From contig NC_092670.1 in the NCBI RefSeq assembly GCF_964355755.1, positions 4,578,201 through 4,642,200 on the forward strand: 64,000 nt of DNA, in the 5' to 3' direction. Numbering within the stretch: the stretch's first letter is position 1; every line of letters begins with the position of its first letter. The notes below the pieces were generated by a model, which made no database searches, was not told the origin of the DNA, and saw nothing but the letters and a program-made list of their open reading frames with translations. This document shows, one piece after another, positions 22,865 to 36,100 of this stretch. Origin of the DNA: Antedon mediterranea. Its lineage: Eukaryota > Animalia > Echinodermata. The translations under genes were made by a program, and so were the position numbers.

Positions 22865-24101
22865 ATGGCAAAACGAGAAGATAAAGACCCCGTAAGAACG
22901 TTTGTGGAAAATCTTACGGAATGTTCATTGTGCTTTGAAGAAATGGACCAGCCTAAATTTCTTACGTGTGGACATTCTTTTTGCCTAAACAGAAGCAATG
23001 TGATTCAATTGCAACAAATCAACGTCATCGGACTGTTTCTAATATTGTGTGTGCTTTGTGTAGAAAGTCAACCCAACTTCCTAGCACTGGCCTAAAAACA
23101 CTCCCTTCGTCCTTTCTGGTAGAAGACGCAAAAGGATGTTTGAAAACTGCTGATAATTTGGGTCTAACTAAGGTATTAGGCTGCCAATGTGTGAGAATTC
23201 TGATCATAACCAAGTTTTAAACATATGGTGTGAAACTTGCTTGGAACTTATTTGCATTCGTTGTCGTAAAAAACGATTACATCGTCGACACAATGTGAGT
23301 AACGTGACTTTTACTGAAGCATTCCAGAAATATCGTACAAAAAAATACAAATTTGAAAATAAACTTTCAGAAATGGAAAAAGCTTATACTGATTTGCGAT
23401 TGGTACAATCTCAATGCCAAAAGGACTACGAATCATCGGTGAGTGAGATTGAGAAATTAAAAAAGGAAAAAAAGAATATAACAAAACGTGCAAACAGGGA
23501 ACAACAAATACATAAAAACATAATTGTAAAACATCATCAAGAAATTAAATCAATGGTTGATAAGATCAAGAGTGTTGAAATACAAAATAGTAAAGCAGAA
23601 TGTGCGCAACCCGATTTGGAGAAACATAAAATGATTCTAGAGTCATATCAAAAACAGATGGAGAAAATACAGTCTGAAAAACAAGAATTACAACATAGAC
23701 TCGAAATTCAAAATGAAATGATTAAGAGCGGGCTAGCTATTGCAGAGGGTGCTGGAAGAGAACATAAATTCAAAACACACACCGAGTCATTCGTTGATGA
23801 GGAAATAAGAAAAATTGGAAGGGACAGTGACGTCTTGAATCTGGAGACAGAGCCAAATGTATTTGATCTTTTCATGTCAATCATCTTTTTTATCCTATTT
23901 CTTTACTGTTTATATCAATGGCCGTTATACACAGTTATTATACTTATTGTTGCCTGCTGTTGTTGTATTCCCATCATTCACGCAAACAACATATCCAATG
24001 GCGCCATGATTTCTCCATCTGGAAGGAGGAGAGAGCAATATGTCCCGACGTTGGGTTCATACGTGCTACTCCACAAAAAAAAAAAGAAAAAAAAGAAGTA
24101 A
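22865..24101 (+). pseudogene. TRIM-like copy 3, two frameshifts; residual ORF 23187-24101 (B-box, coiled coil, TM) lacks the RING
   Basis: Versus copy 2: a 7-nt deletion (TGTCTAC) near 22990 inside the RING and a 2-nt insertion (AAGGTATTAGG) near 23175; the net frame is not restored. Confidence 0.82.
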
Positions 24102-24672
24102 AACAACCTTTACGTTGCATCAATAGCCGGATATTCCAACAGTAGGCTTGCACTATTTACGGTCATGGTACAGTACTCTAATACTAGATATGTTTGTAAT
24201 CTCAACATTTTTTACTCGACATAAACGTGGCAAAGTATTCCAAAGAAGAAAGCGCTGCAACGGTCAAATTTATTTTATTTACATGACTATAAAGATTCAT
24301 ATTAAACGAAATCAATTCAAACTACGGTAAATGTGACAGGCCTTAAACATGGACATGCGCACATGAATGAATTCCTGTTCCAGAGATGTAGGCCTAAAAT
24401 AATTATTTCGACTACACCAACTTAAGTCTTTCTTTTCTACTTTACGATTAGTGAAATTTTAAGCCTAATAGCATTTGAAACAGATATAAATCCAAAAGAA
24501 AACTACTGAAAAATGCCAATGTTTTATTTAATCTTACAACAGACAGTGCAAGGCACCAATTACATGATGTTGTTGTTAAGGGTAGCAGTGGCTGGCTCTC
24601 AATAGATTTATACCAAATAAAATAAGCAAAAAGCTAAATCAAAATGATAAAGTAAAACAGCCAGAAAAATTA

Positions 24673-24709
24673 GCAGAGCTTTCGGCCAACACTAGCCCTT
24701 CATCAGTGC
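24673..24709 (-). ncRNA. Minimal type I hammerhead ribozyme, paralog of 21304-21340
   Basis: Minus strand GCA-CTGATGA-AG-GGCTA-GTGT-TGGCC-GAAA-GC-TC-TGC; stem II differs from the other copy but still pairs. Confidence 0.7.
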
Positions 24710-25124
24710 AAGTGAGAGTACTTGGATATATTATATATATAAAACAAGTAATAATTAAAAAAAGAACTTTAAATATAAATTATGCTTTAGTTAAAGACAC
24801 ACTAGGAATCAGATGAGAAAGTCCTAGCTGGCACAACAACCTGCTGCATTTGCAAGTATTTTTAAAAGGGTTTTTGTTTTTTTTATTAAGATAAAATAAA
24901 TTGAATTAAAAAAGTTCAGAATGTTGATTGATGTTTAGCTTTACATCCAACAAAACTCATAAACTACAGTTTAAGTTAAAACATTACAATATTACAAAAA
25001 TGAAACCCAATTTTTGTCCATGAATCTCTAAAACTCCATTATTTATTGCGCTAAAAAGTTAAACAACTAAACTTGGATACTATCTATTACACCATATTTA
25101 TTCAATATAAGGTTAGAGGGCGGT

Positions 25125-28100
25125 CTAAGCATTGATCTTGCTACTACTTTCTACGTCTGATTCTTTATAGTGCTTTAACGTCCTGGCAGAAGGATCGTCT
25201 GTGTTAACCCACTTTGGCATCCAGAAGTATGGTATCCAAGATGAACGGTTTGGGTAGAACCGTTCAAATATCTGACGATAATAATACGCTTCTTTAGACT
25301 TTGGTGGATTGAATGGATACATTTTAGGCGCATCTTCAAACATACTATCTGTCACCTGAAATGGTTAAAAAAAGATTGAACATAACTAAAAATATTTAAA
25401 ATAATAATACACATTTATGAAAAGAGTTTTCTATAAACAGGTAGAAGTTACATGATAGACTAGAGACTGTAGGGTTTAGTTCTTGTTGGAAGTCCACAAG
25501 TGAGTCACTGGGTTGAGCATAAAAGGTGTATTTCAAACAAAATATGATAAAGATGACTAAATTATGATTAAAATTACTTTATAAGTAAACGCTCAATTGG
25601 TATAACATGAGTTGAGCATAAAAGGTGTACTTACAACAAAATATGATGAAGATGATTAAATTATGATTAAAATTACTTTATAAGTCAACATTAATAAAAT
25701 GACAAGAATCTTGTGTTGTAATTGGTAATATATGACTATTAAACAATCAGATGGCATGACTTTAAATGCAATACCAATGTTACACTAACTAATCACATGA
25801 TACATACTTTAGTTTCAATAAACTCTTGTAGAACTTGGTACCAAGACTTTTCTGTAGATGACACTCCATCACTAAAGGCTTCTTTTGGTCTCCATAAGAT
25901 CTCTTCTGGTAAAAGACCTGATCCATCAAATGCTTTTCGCAAGATATACTTCTCTACTCCATGCCTTGGCGTACGTAGTTTGGCCGGTATAGATAAGAAG
26001 TTGGATACAAAATGGTGATCTAAAAATGGCACTCGAATTTCTAATCTGAAAAGGAGGGAAATGGATGAATTAATACCCTTTTCACACCTGCAAAAATTAA
26101 CATGTTGTAACCAGGTTTGCATAGTGTGAAGACAATTTTGTCCCCACTGATGAGAAGCTTATTTTTGTTCCGAGATGTCCCGAGTGTATTAAACTGACCA
26201 ATCATAGTAATCAAATAGCACTATGCTTTCTCCAGAGATTTTTCACGGTTCACATATGCGTGTATGAAAACGTGTAATAAATTGGGAGAACAAACCTGGT
26301 TACTAACTTGTTACAAGTTGTAACAATTTATTCAGATGTGGAAAGAGTATAAGATTCAAATAAAATGTTATTTGCTACTAAATTTCTAAAGGTGATTTGA
26401 TATTGGTTGTTGTGATTTCCTATGCTCTGATTTGCTGACCAATTTTCACTTCATAAAAATTAGAAACTCTTCGAATTACTAATTTCGCTAAAGATAAAAC
26501 TCAAGGAAAACAAAAACTCTATAATTCATGACAGATAGGGATTTGGGAGATGGAAATATGAATATGCTTATATGCTAACAATTGTTGCGAATTTGCCAAG
26601 TGGAAAACAGGCTTTAGGCCAAATCAACCTTTCTGAATATAATAATTAAAATATCCTATTGTAATTATGTCTAGTGTAACAACCATCACACATATATGTT
26701 TTACCCAAAAGCAGACGTTGTCCTATCCCCTCTAAGGACATCATACAGGTAAAGGTCATCCAACAGCCGCCGGCTTTCTTTATCTGCGTCCTCTGCACTA
26801 GGTGACATGTGAAAGTAGATGTACCCTTGACAGAGTTCATCAGCTCCCTCTCCAGACAATACTACAACTGTGTCTGTTTCCTTTTTAACATATTTTGATA
26901 CAAGGTACATACCTGGAAAAATGGAATTAACTTTCATTAATGAAGAATAGTTTTGGAGAGTGCTACTAACAATGAAACTACAACTACCATGGTTAGGGTT
27001 ACGGCGTACACTTTTATGTTATAAAAGAAGTGAAATAGAAACGGTACTCTAACGAGACTGGTCAAACTCAATTGGTGAAAATGTTCATCTTCACTCGGAT
27101 GACCTTATTCAAAAAAGTGTTGACAGCGGTGAGATTTTCTTCTTAAGATTTTAAAATCAGTGTGAACGAAGTTTTAGGCATCATGTTGCTGGCATTACAT
27201 GTTACAAGTAGAAATGTGATTTCAATGCAATTCCAATTTAAAAAAAATGATCATGAAAGTCTTCTTTGCGACCTACCAACAGAAGCTCGTATAGTTGTGA
27301 TATCATAACTCTCCAAGGAGTAGATAACATCTTCAACTGCCTCAATACCTTCTTCTGGTGTGAATCCTATTTCATGGTGTTCACTGCCAATGTGTGCCGC
27401 TACTTTTCGAGCGGCGGCCACGTCAGGACTTCCTTTCATGCCGATGGAGAATGTTTGTATCGGATAGCTTACACCTTCTTCTGTTGCTAACTTAGCAACC
27501 AGTGCGGAGACTAGACTGGAATCTAAACCGCCTAGAAAAAGAAATATTGTAATATAACGATATACTTTTATATTTAAGAAATTGACCTTTGTATCAGAAT
27601 AGGTTCACAAACTTGACCCAGAAAGTCCAAAGGAGAGTTTGTCCAGATGTTTTAATGACCATTTAGTTTATAATAGAATCCCTAAAGAAAACACTTAGCT
27701 TAATTTTGCGACTGTTCCCATCGTAAAACAATTAGATATTGACAGTTTTAAGCAGAGATTCGACAGGGCCAATTCATCATTGTAACCTCCCCAGATAAGA
27801 TCAATCACTCCCACTTAAACACCCCTGGATCAACTTAGGACCAATCATTAGCTCCATAAATGATGTAATGACATTATGCAAATGAACTGAGCCAATATAC
27901 CCCCAAGTTTCAGAGGAGCCCAGACACATCTCACAGCCACTTCTTCAGAAGAACATCTACACCTCACAGCCACTTCTTCAGAAGAACATCTACACCTTAC
28001 AGCCACTTCTCCAGAAGCAGACCTACACAATTCACACCTCACCGACAGCATCACTGATCCTCTGTATCCTTATCCTAATAGTATATTGTACCGAATCATT

Positions 28101-30882
28101 ATTGTACTGAAGTATTATACTGAATAAACAATATATGTGTTACGACAGTTAAGCGAGTAAGAGTCTTTCATTAGTACCTCAACAACGCAACACTATATTA
28201 CAATATCTTTATCACAGTAGTTCTTATAGAAGTTGTGTATTGCATGGATTCGCTTACATGTTTGTTTTTAATTTTTCAATCTCAATATTTATGTTACCTG
28301 ATAAAAAGCAACCTATCCTTCTGTTGGCCATGAATCTTTTTCTTACAGCTTCAGTCAACAAGAGACGAATGTTAGCAAGATGCTCATCCACTGAAAGTAG
28401 ATTGAAACAAGTAGTTAGTTGTAATGTTACTGTAATAATTAAAAAGATGTAGTTGTGCTGAGCTAAAGGGCTGTGTATAGCCTACAGACATAATAATAAT
28501 AATGCACAACATTACTAAATTAAATGCAATGTTGTATACAACTTAATTACTAAAACTAATAGGGCTTTGCCTATAAAACCCCTTGGAGCTGGAATCTGCC
28601 CCTGATATCTTGAAGATTTGTGTAAAATTTCATTAATGGATTATTACATTGTTATCTCAAAGAACGAATCCATCAACCTACAGTACCTTCTGGTTTGGGT
28701 GTTTGGGTCTCCAACGCCCATTTTGGTGTCTCATCATATAAATGAAATTTGTGTCGACTAACAAACATAGCTTTCCCATTCATTAACAAGTCATACTCTT
28801 CATAGTGAGCAGGAGGAAACGGCTCAATGTTTGCACAGTCGTGTGTGTTGCTAAGACCCACAATGCCTTTGGCTTCTGAGCAGATTGCAAGTATGCCATC
28901 ATCTTCCAAGTACAGACGAAACATTGGACGAATACCAATGGTATCACGACCGATAAATACCTGAAATGAAACAGCAAATATGTTCATTATTTTTATTTTT
29001 ATTTTCTATTGTGCTGTAAAAGTCATTAAGTAGTACTGTAAATATGACAGTTAAATAATTACTCTAATAACTACATACTAGTACTTGTTTTTGGACAGTC
29101 ATTTGCATGGGTCAAGACATAATAATTCTAATATGGAATACAAATTAAATTGAAAACTAACTTAAAAGGTAACTCAACAGTACAGCAGGCCTACTACAGT
29201 AGCTGTACTTTGGGTGCCTACTGTTGTAGCAGTAAGTGTCTACACAGCAGGCCTACTAGCTGTACTTTGGGTGCCTACTGTTGTAGCAGTAAGTGTCTAC
29301 ACAGTAGGCCTACTAGCTGTACTTTGGGTGCCTACTGTTGTAGCAGTAAGTGTCTACACAGTAGGCCTACTAGCTGTACTTTGGGTGCCTACTGTTGTAG
29401 CAGTAAGTGTGTAGGCCTACTAGCTGTACTTTGGGTGCCTACTGTTGTAGCAGTAAGTGTCTACAGTAGGCCTACTAACTGTACTTTGGGTGCCTACTGT
29501 TGTAGCAGTAAGTGTCTACAGAGTAGGCCTACTAGCTGTACTTTGGGTGCCTACTGTTGTAGCAGTAAGTGTGTAGGCCTACTAGCTGTACTTTGGGTGC
29601 CTACTGTTGTAGCAGTAAGTGTCTACAGAGTAGGCCTACTAACTGTACTTTGGGTGCCTACTGTTGTAGCAGTAAGTGTCTACAGTAGGCCTACTAACTG
29701 TACTCTGAGTGTCTACTGTTGTAGCAGTAAGTGTCTACACAGTAGGCCTACTAGCTGTACTTTGGGTGCCTACTGTTGTAGCAGTAAGTGTCTACACAGT
29801 AGGCCTACTAGCTGTACTTTGGGTGCCTACTGTTGTAGCAGTAAGTGTCTACAGTAGGCCTACTAACTGTACTCTGAGTGTCTACTGTTGTAGCAGTAAG
29901 TGTCTACAGTAGGCCTACTAGCTGTACTTTGGGTGCCTACTGTTGTAGCAGTAAGTGTCTACAGTAGGCCTACTAGCTGTACTTTGGGTGCCTACTGTTG
30001 TAGCAGTAAGTGTCTACACAGTAGGCCTACTAGCTGTACTTTGGGTGCCTACTGTTGTAGCAGTAAGTGTCTACAGTAGGCCTACTAGCTGTACTTTGGG
30101 TGCCTACTGTTGTAGCAGTAAGTGTCTACAGTAGGCCTACTAGCTGTACTTTGGGTGCCTACTGTTGTAGCAGTAAGTGTCTACAGTAGGCCTACTAACT
30201 GTACTCTGAGTGTCTACTGTTGTAACAGTAGGTGGCTTATACAGTACCTTCTTGGTTTGTGTATCTAGCAGGCAGAATGCAAAGACACCATCCAGCATCT
30301 TAGCCATGAAGTCAATGCCACCATGTGCATACAAGTGGATGAGAACTTCACCATCACAGTTACTGGTAAAATCAAACTTGTATTGTTCACGTAACTAGAA
30401 CAAAAAAAATTGCAATGTTTGTAAAGATCTTGATGTTTTAATCTACAGTATGTAGCCAGCTAGGTCTAACCGATGTTACTCAATTACATTTAGTATATAT
30501 CTATAATTATTGTATCATCTAGTTATAAAAAAAAACAGCATGCCTAGGTGCAGATATGTTTCAATATTAAAATGCTATTACAGTATTTAAATGAAACTTC
30601 ATTTTAAACATATGCTGACTATATTTTGCTCACCTTTTTGAAGTTGTATATTTCTCCATTGTACATCATCCATATGTGAGGATACGCCTTCAATCTCATT
30701 GGCTGCATACCAAAAACATCATCCACGATAGCCAATCGGTGGAACCCAAACAAGCAGTTGGCTAGATGATTGACATTTTCTAGACAGAAGGCGTCCGGGC
30801 CCCGATGCGCGATCTTACAGGCACTCTCGCAGTACTTGTGTACATCTTCGTTGCTACCGAATATTGCCCAAATTCCACACAT
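25125..30882 (-). CDS. ASNS: Asparagine synthetase (glutamine-hydrolyzing), 8 coding exons, ~564 aa
   Basis: Exons 30634-30882, 30248-30394, 28687-28960, 28298-28390, 27277-27531, 26705-26912, 25808-26045 and 25125-25355; all GT-AG, phases join, total 1695 nt. Motifs [61 protein letters not shown] and DPSARTL. Confidence 0.96.
27922..28040. repeat. 36-bp tandem repeat x3 in ASNS intron
   Basis: CACCTCACAGCCACTTCTTCAGAAGAACATCTA-type units. Confidence 0.75.
29178..30228. repeat. ~57-bp minisatellite (48/55/57 variants) in ASNS intron
   Basis: Unit CAGTAGGCCTACTAGCTGTACTTTGGGTGCCTACTGTTGTAGCAGTAAGTGTCTACA, ~19 copies. Confidence 0.93.
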
Positions 30883-31599
30883 GGTCTCTGCTACAAATTT
30901 GATTTAATCTGAAAATAAAGAAACATAAAACATGTGTGATATTTTTATCTCTGTTAGTTTGTTTTTAAATTTTGCTACAGATTTAATCTGAATTAGGTCA
31001 AAGGTGATTTAAGCTTATTGGATTAGAGATTCATGGAAAGGGTGTGTTTTACTTTCATATCAATATCATCAGTAAAATAAAAAATACATCCTAAAATTGT
31101 TTTGATAGTCATACTGAAGCACAGAAAAAAACAAAAAGAAATATGGTAATGATAAATACAAATAAATAGCAAAAACACAATAAATTAATTAAATAATTAA
31201 ATTAAAACACAATACAGTGCATTATAATAGAATTGCTATCAAATAGATGCAGCGTGATAACAGCATGATTCGGCCCAGGAAAAGTTATCGAAATAATAAT
31301 TGCATATAATTATGTTTTAATACTTGCTGTGTACAGTAATACAGGAACAATTTTATACTAAGCTTTTGAATGAATAAAAATACTTACTGAATGAAAAACT
31401 ATAATAAATCAATCCTGACTTTTGTAAAATTCAAAATAATAAAAATACTAGTGAGACTTAGTATAATAAGTATTCATTTTGTCAATAGGTCATTGGAAAA
31501 AACAAAGCATATGTTAACAATGAACAGGTTTAAGTATATCCTTGTTTGTGGTATTTGAGTAGGTCTTACTTTGGTAGGACAATGTATTGGATCTGTTAA

Positions 31600-32194
31600 A
31601 GCTCAGGTACAGGCATGAATTTGAAATATAATATTTTGTTAATTGTACATAAATCAAATATTTGTAACAGAAATCGAGACAAAAAAACATGACTTTCCCT
31701 TAATATGGTCAAATACAAAATTTAGCAAAATTCTTCCATAAAAACCAGGAAGACTTTTTTTCAGTAGTTAGGTAGTTAACCTAATGTAATAACATGTCTG
31801 TTGACTCCCTCGACGGTGAAAAAAGATGGTGGATATACGGTGGATAATTTTTGTTATAGCATGAAAACAAAAATCTGAAGTTGGATAAAAATATCAGAAA
31901 TGTAATATTCAAGTTATATTACCTATATTTAGTCATCTGATAACATTTTTTACCACACCATTTATTTTCATAGCTTTTTAAAATGCCTCTCTATTTACAA
32001 AATTTGTGTACAAAAGAATAGAAATTTTACTGTGTAATTTGAACTATCCCCCCACTGATAAGAAAGGGCCTATTTTCAACAAGCTCGTGTAACACAAATA
32101 AAATCCCAAAAATTATGAAACATAGGGGAAACTATATAGATCGATAATTATTGAAATGTATGATCAATAGAAATTTTTTGCCCGTACCTGGCCT
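31600..32194. mobile_element. Kolobok-like MITE
   Basis: TTAA on both flanks; TIRs AGCTCAGGTACAGGCA / rc AGGCCAGGTACGGGCA. Confidence 0.6.
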
Positions 32195-32994
32195 TTAAAC
32201 CATGTTTAAATTGTTCTTAATAACAAAATATGTTATCATGAACTTTGGACCACTTAAGTAGATAATCTTTGTTGCCATTTAAATAATCGCAGACATTGTT
32301 TTTATTTGTATTTAAAGTAGCCTATTTTCTATAAATAAAAAAAAATTAAGTTTTTAAGTTTTAAATTTTCAGACTCATCATAGTGACTTGACCTGAACTT
32401 TAAATGTTGCATCTGTGAAAAAAGATAACTAATTACTTTTTAAAATGTAAATAAACCAAAAAATAAATAAAAATCAAAGCGTTTCAATTCTTAATTAGCT
32501 TTAAAAAAACCTCGTATTATTAGAGCGGCCGATTATAAATTACTACTGCTAATGATGATTGTCAAACATTAGACAGAAATTAAATTACGTATTTAAAATA
32601 AAATTACATTCAAATTAACAAAATAGAGTTAGGCCTATAGAGTACACTGTAGACTGAAAAAAAACATAATGTAATAATAATTAAATAATCTGAAATATTT
32701 TTGAAGGTCACGTTGACCTCCTCTTGGCGCTTACTGTTCAGTATGGAATTTAACTTCATCAAACAAAACTGTACATTCTCTCCAGCCAATTTTGATTATG
32801 GATTTCCCTCCAACTGTGTGGGTGCCAAGCAGCAGGCAGTGAGGTTGATTCTCTATCTATCTCTAGATAGGCCTATTTTATGCCTCTACTCTACACCTGA
32901 AAATAAACTAGGCCTAGGCCTAGCAATTAACTCTAGTTATTATCTAAACAAATTAAAACATACATTATACGATAAAATAGAAGCATATGCTTAC

Positions 32995-33107
32995 TTTCTG
33001 GCGAAGAACCGGTATCTGATGCAAACGGCGTGGTGTGTTGATCAGTGAGTGTTTGTTTTCTATTGTAAATTTGACCTTTCAGTTCGGTCAAGCATAGAGT
33101 TGCATCA
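32995..33107 (-). promoter_or_regulatory. Probable ASNS non-coding first exon and promoter with C/EBP-ATF (AARE/CARE) elements
   Basis: Donor AAA|GTAAGC at 32995/32994; acceptor for the ATG exon at 30908. TGATGCAAC (minus, 33099-33107) and TGATGCAAA (plus, 33017-33025) match the TGATGxAAx consensus. Confidence 0.6.
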
Positions 33108-36100
33108 TCACTTTGCTATAGGGATACACTAAAAAACTCTATATATTAAAATAAAAGGAACGTAATAAAATAATTTAGATAGTTAATCCACTTTATTAAC
33201 AGATAGATACAACGTAGTTTAAATATAAATAAAACCTTGAAACATACATAAGATGCCAATATCCAGGAAACAAGAAAACAATTTCCTAAACAAAATGACT
33301 TTCAGTTTCAGTGTTCTAGTTATATTTCAAGTACATCCCTAAAAATACTTTAAAGAGCACTCTCAACGGTGGCAAAGTTGTTACCCAATAAGAAACTTTT
33401 TTCAGCGAACTAAACTCCCCTCCCCCCACCCCCACCCCAACCCGAAAACAAACTTTTTTTGGTCGATACTAATGGACAACTATTTTAATTGCTTTATTCA
33501 GCTAAAGGTAGAACAACTTTTTGGTAGGTTCCAGGCATAAAATGTATTTTATTTAAAACTGGAAAAATATTCCAAAATAAAGAAAATGAATAATATAATG
33601 TATAGGGATATGTACATATTAGTTTTATATTATATATTATACCTGATTACTAAATATAGATAGTGTTAATTTTTTCTTTAAACTGGTTTATTAAAAAGTC
33701 TTTATTCTGTGTTTTATATCTTTTATGCGTGTATGCAGATACCTAGATGGCGTTGAGGGAATTCTGAAAAACAGAGAATCAATCCCCATTGGTTGCCTCA
33801 TTCACTTTCCAAAAATGGCAATTCAGTGGTAAAATTACAGATGAATTTGTTTAGGTTGCGAGTCAGAAAAACTCCCTAACTTTTTATTTGTTGTATTCAC
33901 CTCGTTGTTGTTGAAAAAACATTTTAACATGTTTTGCCAACAACTTCCAAAATTGTTGCGAGAGAAGAATATTGTCATTCATTGAAATTAACTTGTATAG
34001 TATTCACCTTGTCATGTTTTCCCCAAAAACCTCTCTAAATCGTTGAATTGAGAGTAAAATAGTTTTATTTGTTGAAACTAACTATCTATTTTTGTTGTAT
34101 TCTACTTGTATCATTGCTGAATTGAACAGTTTGACATGTTTGCCAAAAACTTCCAAAATCGTTAAATGGTGAGAGGATAAAATTCTCTTTCATTGAAACT
34201 AACTTTTATTGTACACACCTTGTCTTGTTGAATAGAACAGTTTTACATGTTTTGACCTCTCAAGATCGAATGTATAGGAAAATAGTTTTATTTGTTGAAA
34301 CTAACTTGTTTCGTTGAAATAAACAGTTTTATATGTTTGCTGAAAACTCCCTAAATCGTAGAAAGGAGAGGAGAATACAGTATTTTCATTCTTTGAAACT
34401 AATTTTCTATTTGTTGTATTTACGTATATTGACAAAAAAACAATACAAACATATCGATCTTCTTACAAATTGACTGAATTTATTATAGACACAAGTCGTT
34501 GTTATATGTAGTCTCATTTTTCTACATACAGTTACAACTTCCCATTTACAACTTTTCAAATAGCCAAGTTGTTCACTTTATTTTTTTATATAGATTTTCC
34601 ATTTTTTAGACTTGTACAACAAACAGTTATAAGTCATCATAAGTAAACCATAGAAAAACACATTATAACTTAAAATTCAGGTGAATATTGGATAAAACGC
34701 GTTGTAAAATTAAACATATATTATTGTTATTGATGTCATAAACTGTGAACATAAAATAAACAACGTAACCATTAAATGATAGCAAAATACTTAAATATAA
34801 ACCAAACAAATAAATGTGATGTTTCAATAGCATATAGAATTGTGATTGGTCAATGTGCCAATCTGGTATCTGACACTAGGGAGTTTGAGATTAATAATAA
34901 TAGTAATATTTAAACATTACAGGAACTAGTAGTTGTCTACTCATACATAGCCCAGTATACAATAGCATACACTGTACATCAGCAGCCTATAGCATGTACT
35001 ATACATGGAAAACTAGCATATGCTGTACAAGGGTAGCCTATAGCATACACTATGCACAGACAGCCTAGAGAATACGCTATGCACAGACAGTCTATAGCAT
35101 ACACTATGCACAGACAGCACATAGCATGATACAAAAAATAGCATCCTCTACAAGGGTAGCCCATAGCATACACACTATGCACAAACAGCTCATAGCGTAT
35201 GCTAAAGTCAAACATTCTAAAATGTAATCAATTTATAAATCGGTAAATGAAACAAGCAAATGTATTTCAAGTTTTATAGTGTTTGACAATGGGTTTTATT
35301 TACTAGAAACATAGAAACAATTGTTTACATGTATGGCATATTTCAAGATTTCTGTAACATACACTCTTGCACTTTAACTATACAGTATGCATGCGAGTAA
35401 AACACGGATGTACATAAAAAAAAAATACTATACCACATCAGAGCATAAAGTTTACACTGTAAAAGAAATATCACAGTATAACAGATTACATAATAGAAAA
35501 CTTAAAACAAAAATATGTAATGGTATGAAAATGTTAATTTTGCACTACTGTATATGAAATATGTCAAACATACTGAAGCAACAAACTGTATACAAATGTA
35601 ACTGTTTTAGTTAAAAATTATGCAATTGAAATATTCAATTTCACAAATTCTGCAAATTTGCTGGCTTGAATGAATAAAAATGTTAGAATTAATGATGAAT
35701 TAGTATTTACTTTCAAGTTGTTTAAACAATTCTCCAACCTACCTGTATCAATGCTAGGTTTATTCAGAAGGTTTAATCGAAAGAATTCTCAAGGTGAATA
35801 GACAAAGGCACTGAAAACGTACCATTATTCAAAGTGTTCTTTGGAAATATTTAAAGGTGTATTAGTAATTATTAAAAATATAATGGAAACTAGATCTTGT
35901 TTTTATAGAAACTAATTTAATGTGTACTAACTAACAACTTTAATAATAAATGGACGTTAAGGTATTCAAGAATGTAATTATTATACATTATTAAGCTTTT
36001 TAGGAATGTATATCTACAACTTTTAATAATTAATTATTTAAAAAGTATTTCCAGGGACGATAAGATTTAAACTATAGGTCATATTGTTCTACTTTTAAAT

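Noticed and set aside
26147-26180. CTGATGA hammerhead-like start in an ASNS intron
   Set aside because: No GAAA at the right position and no stem I/III; it lies within small nested MITE-like inverted repeats.
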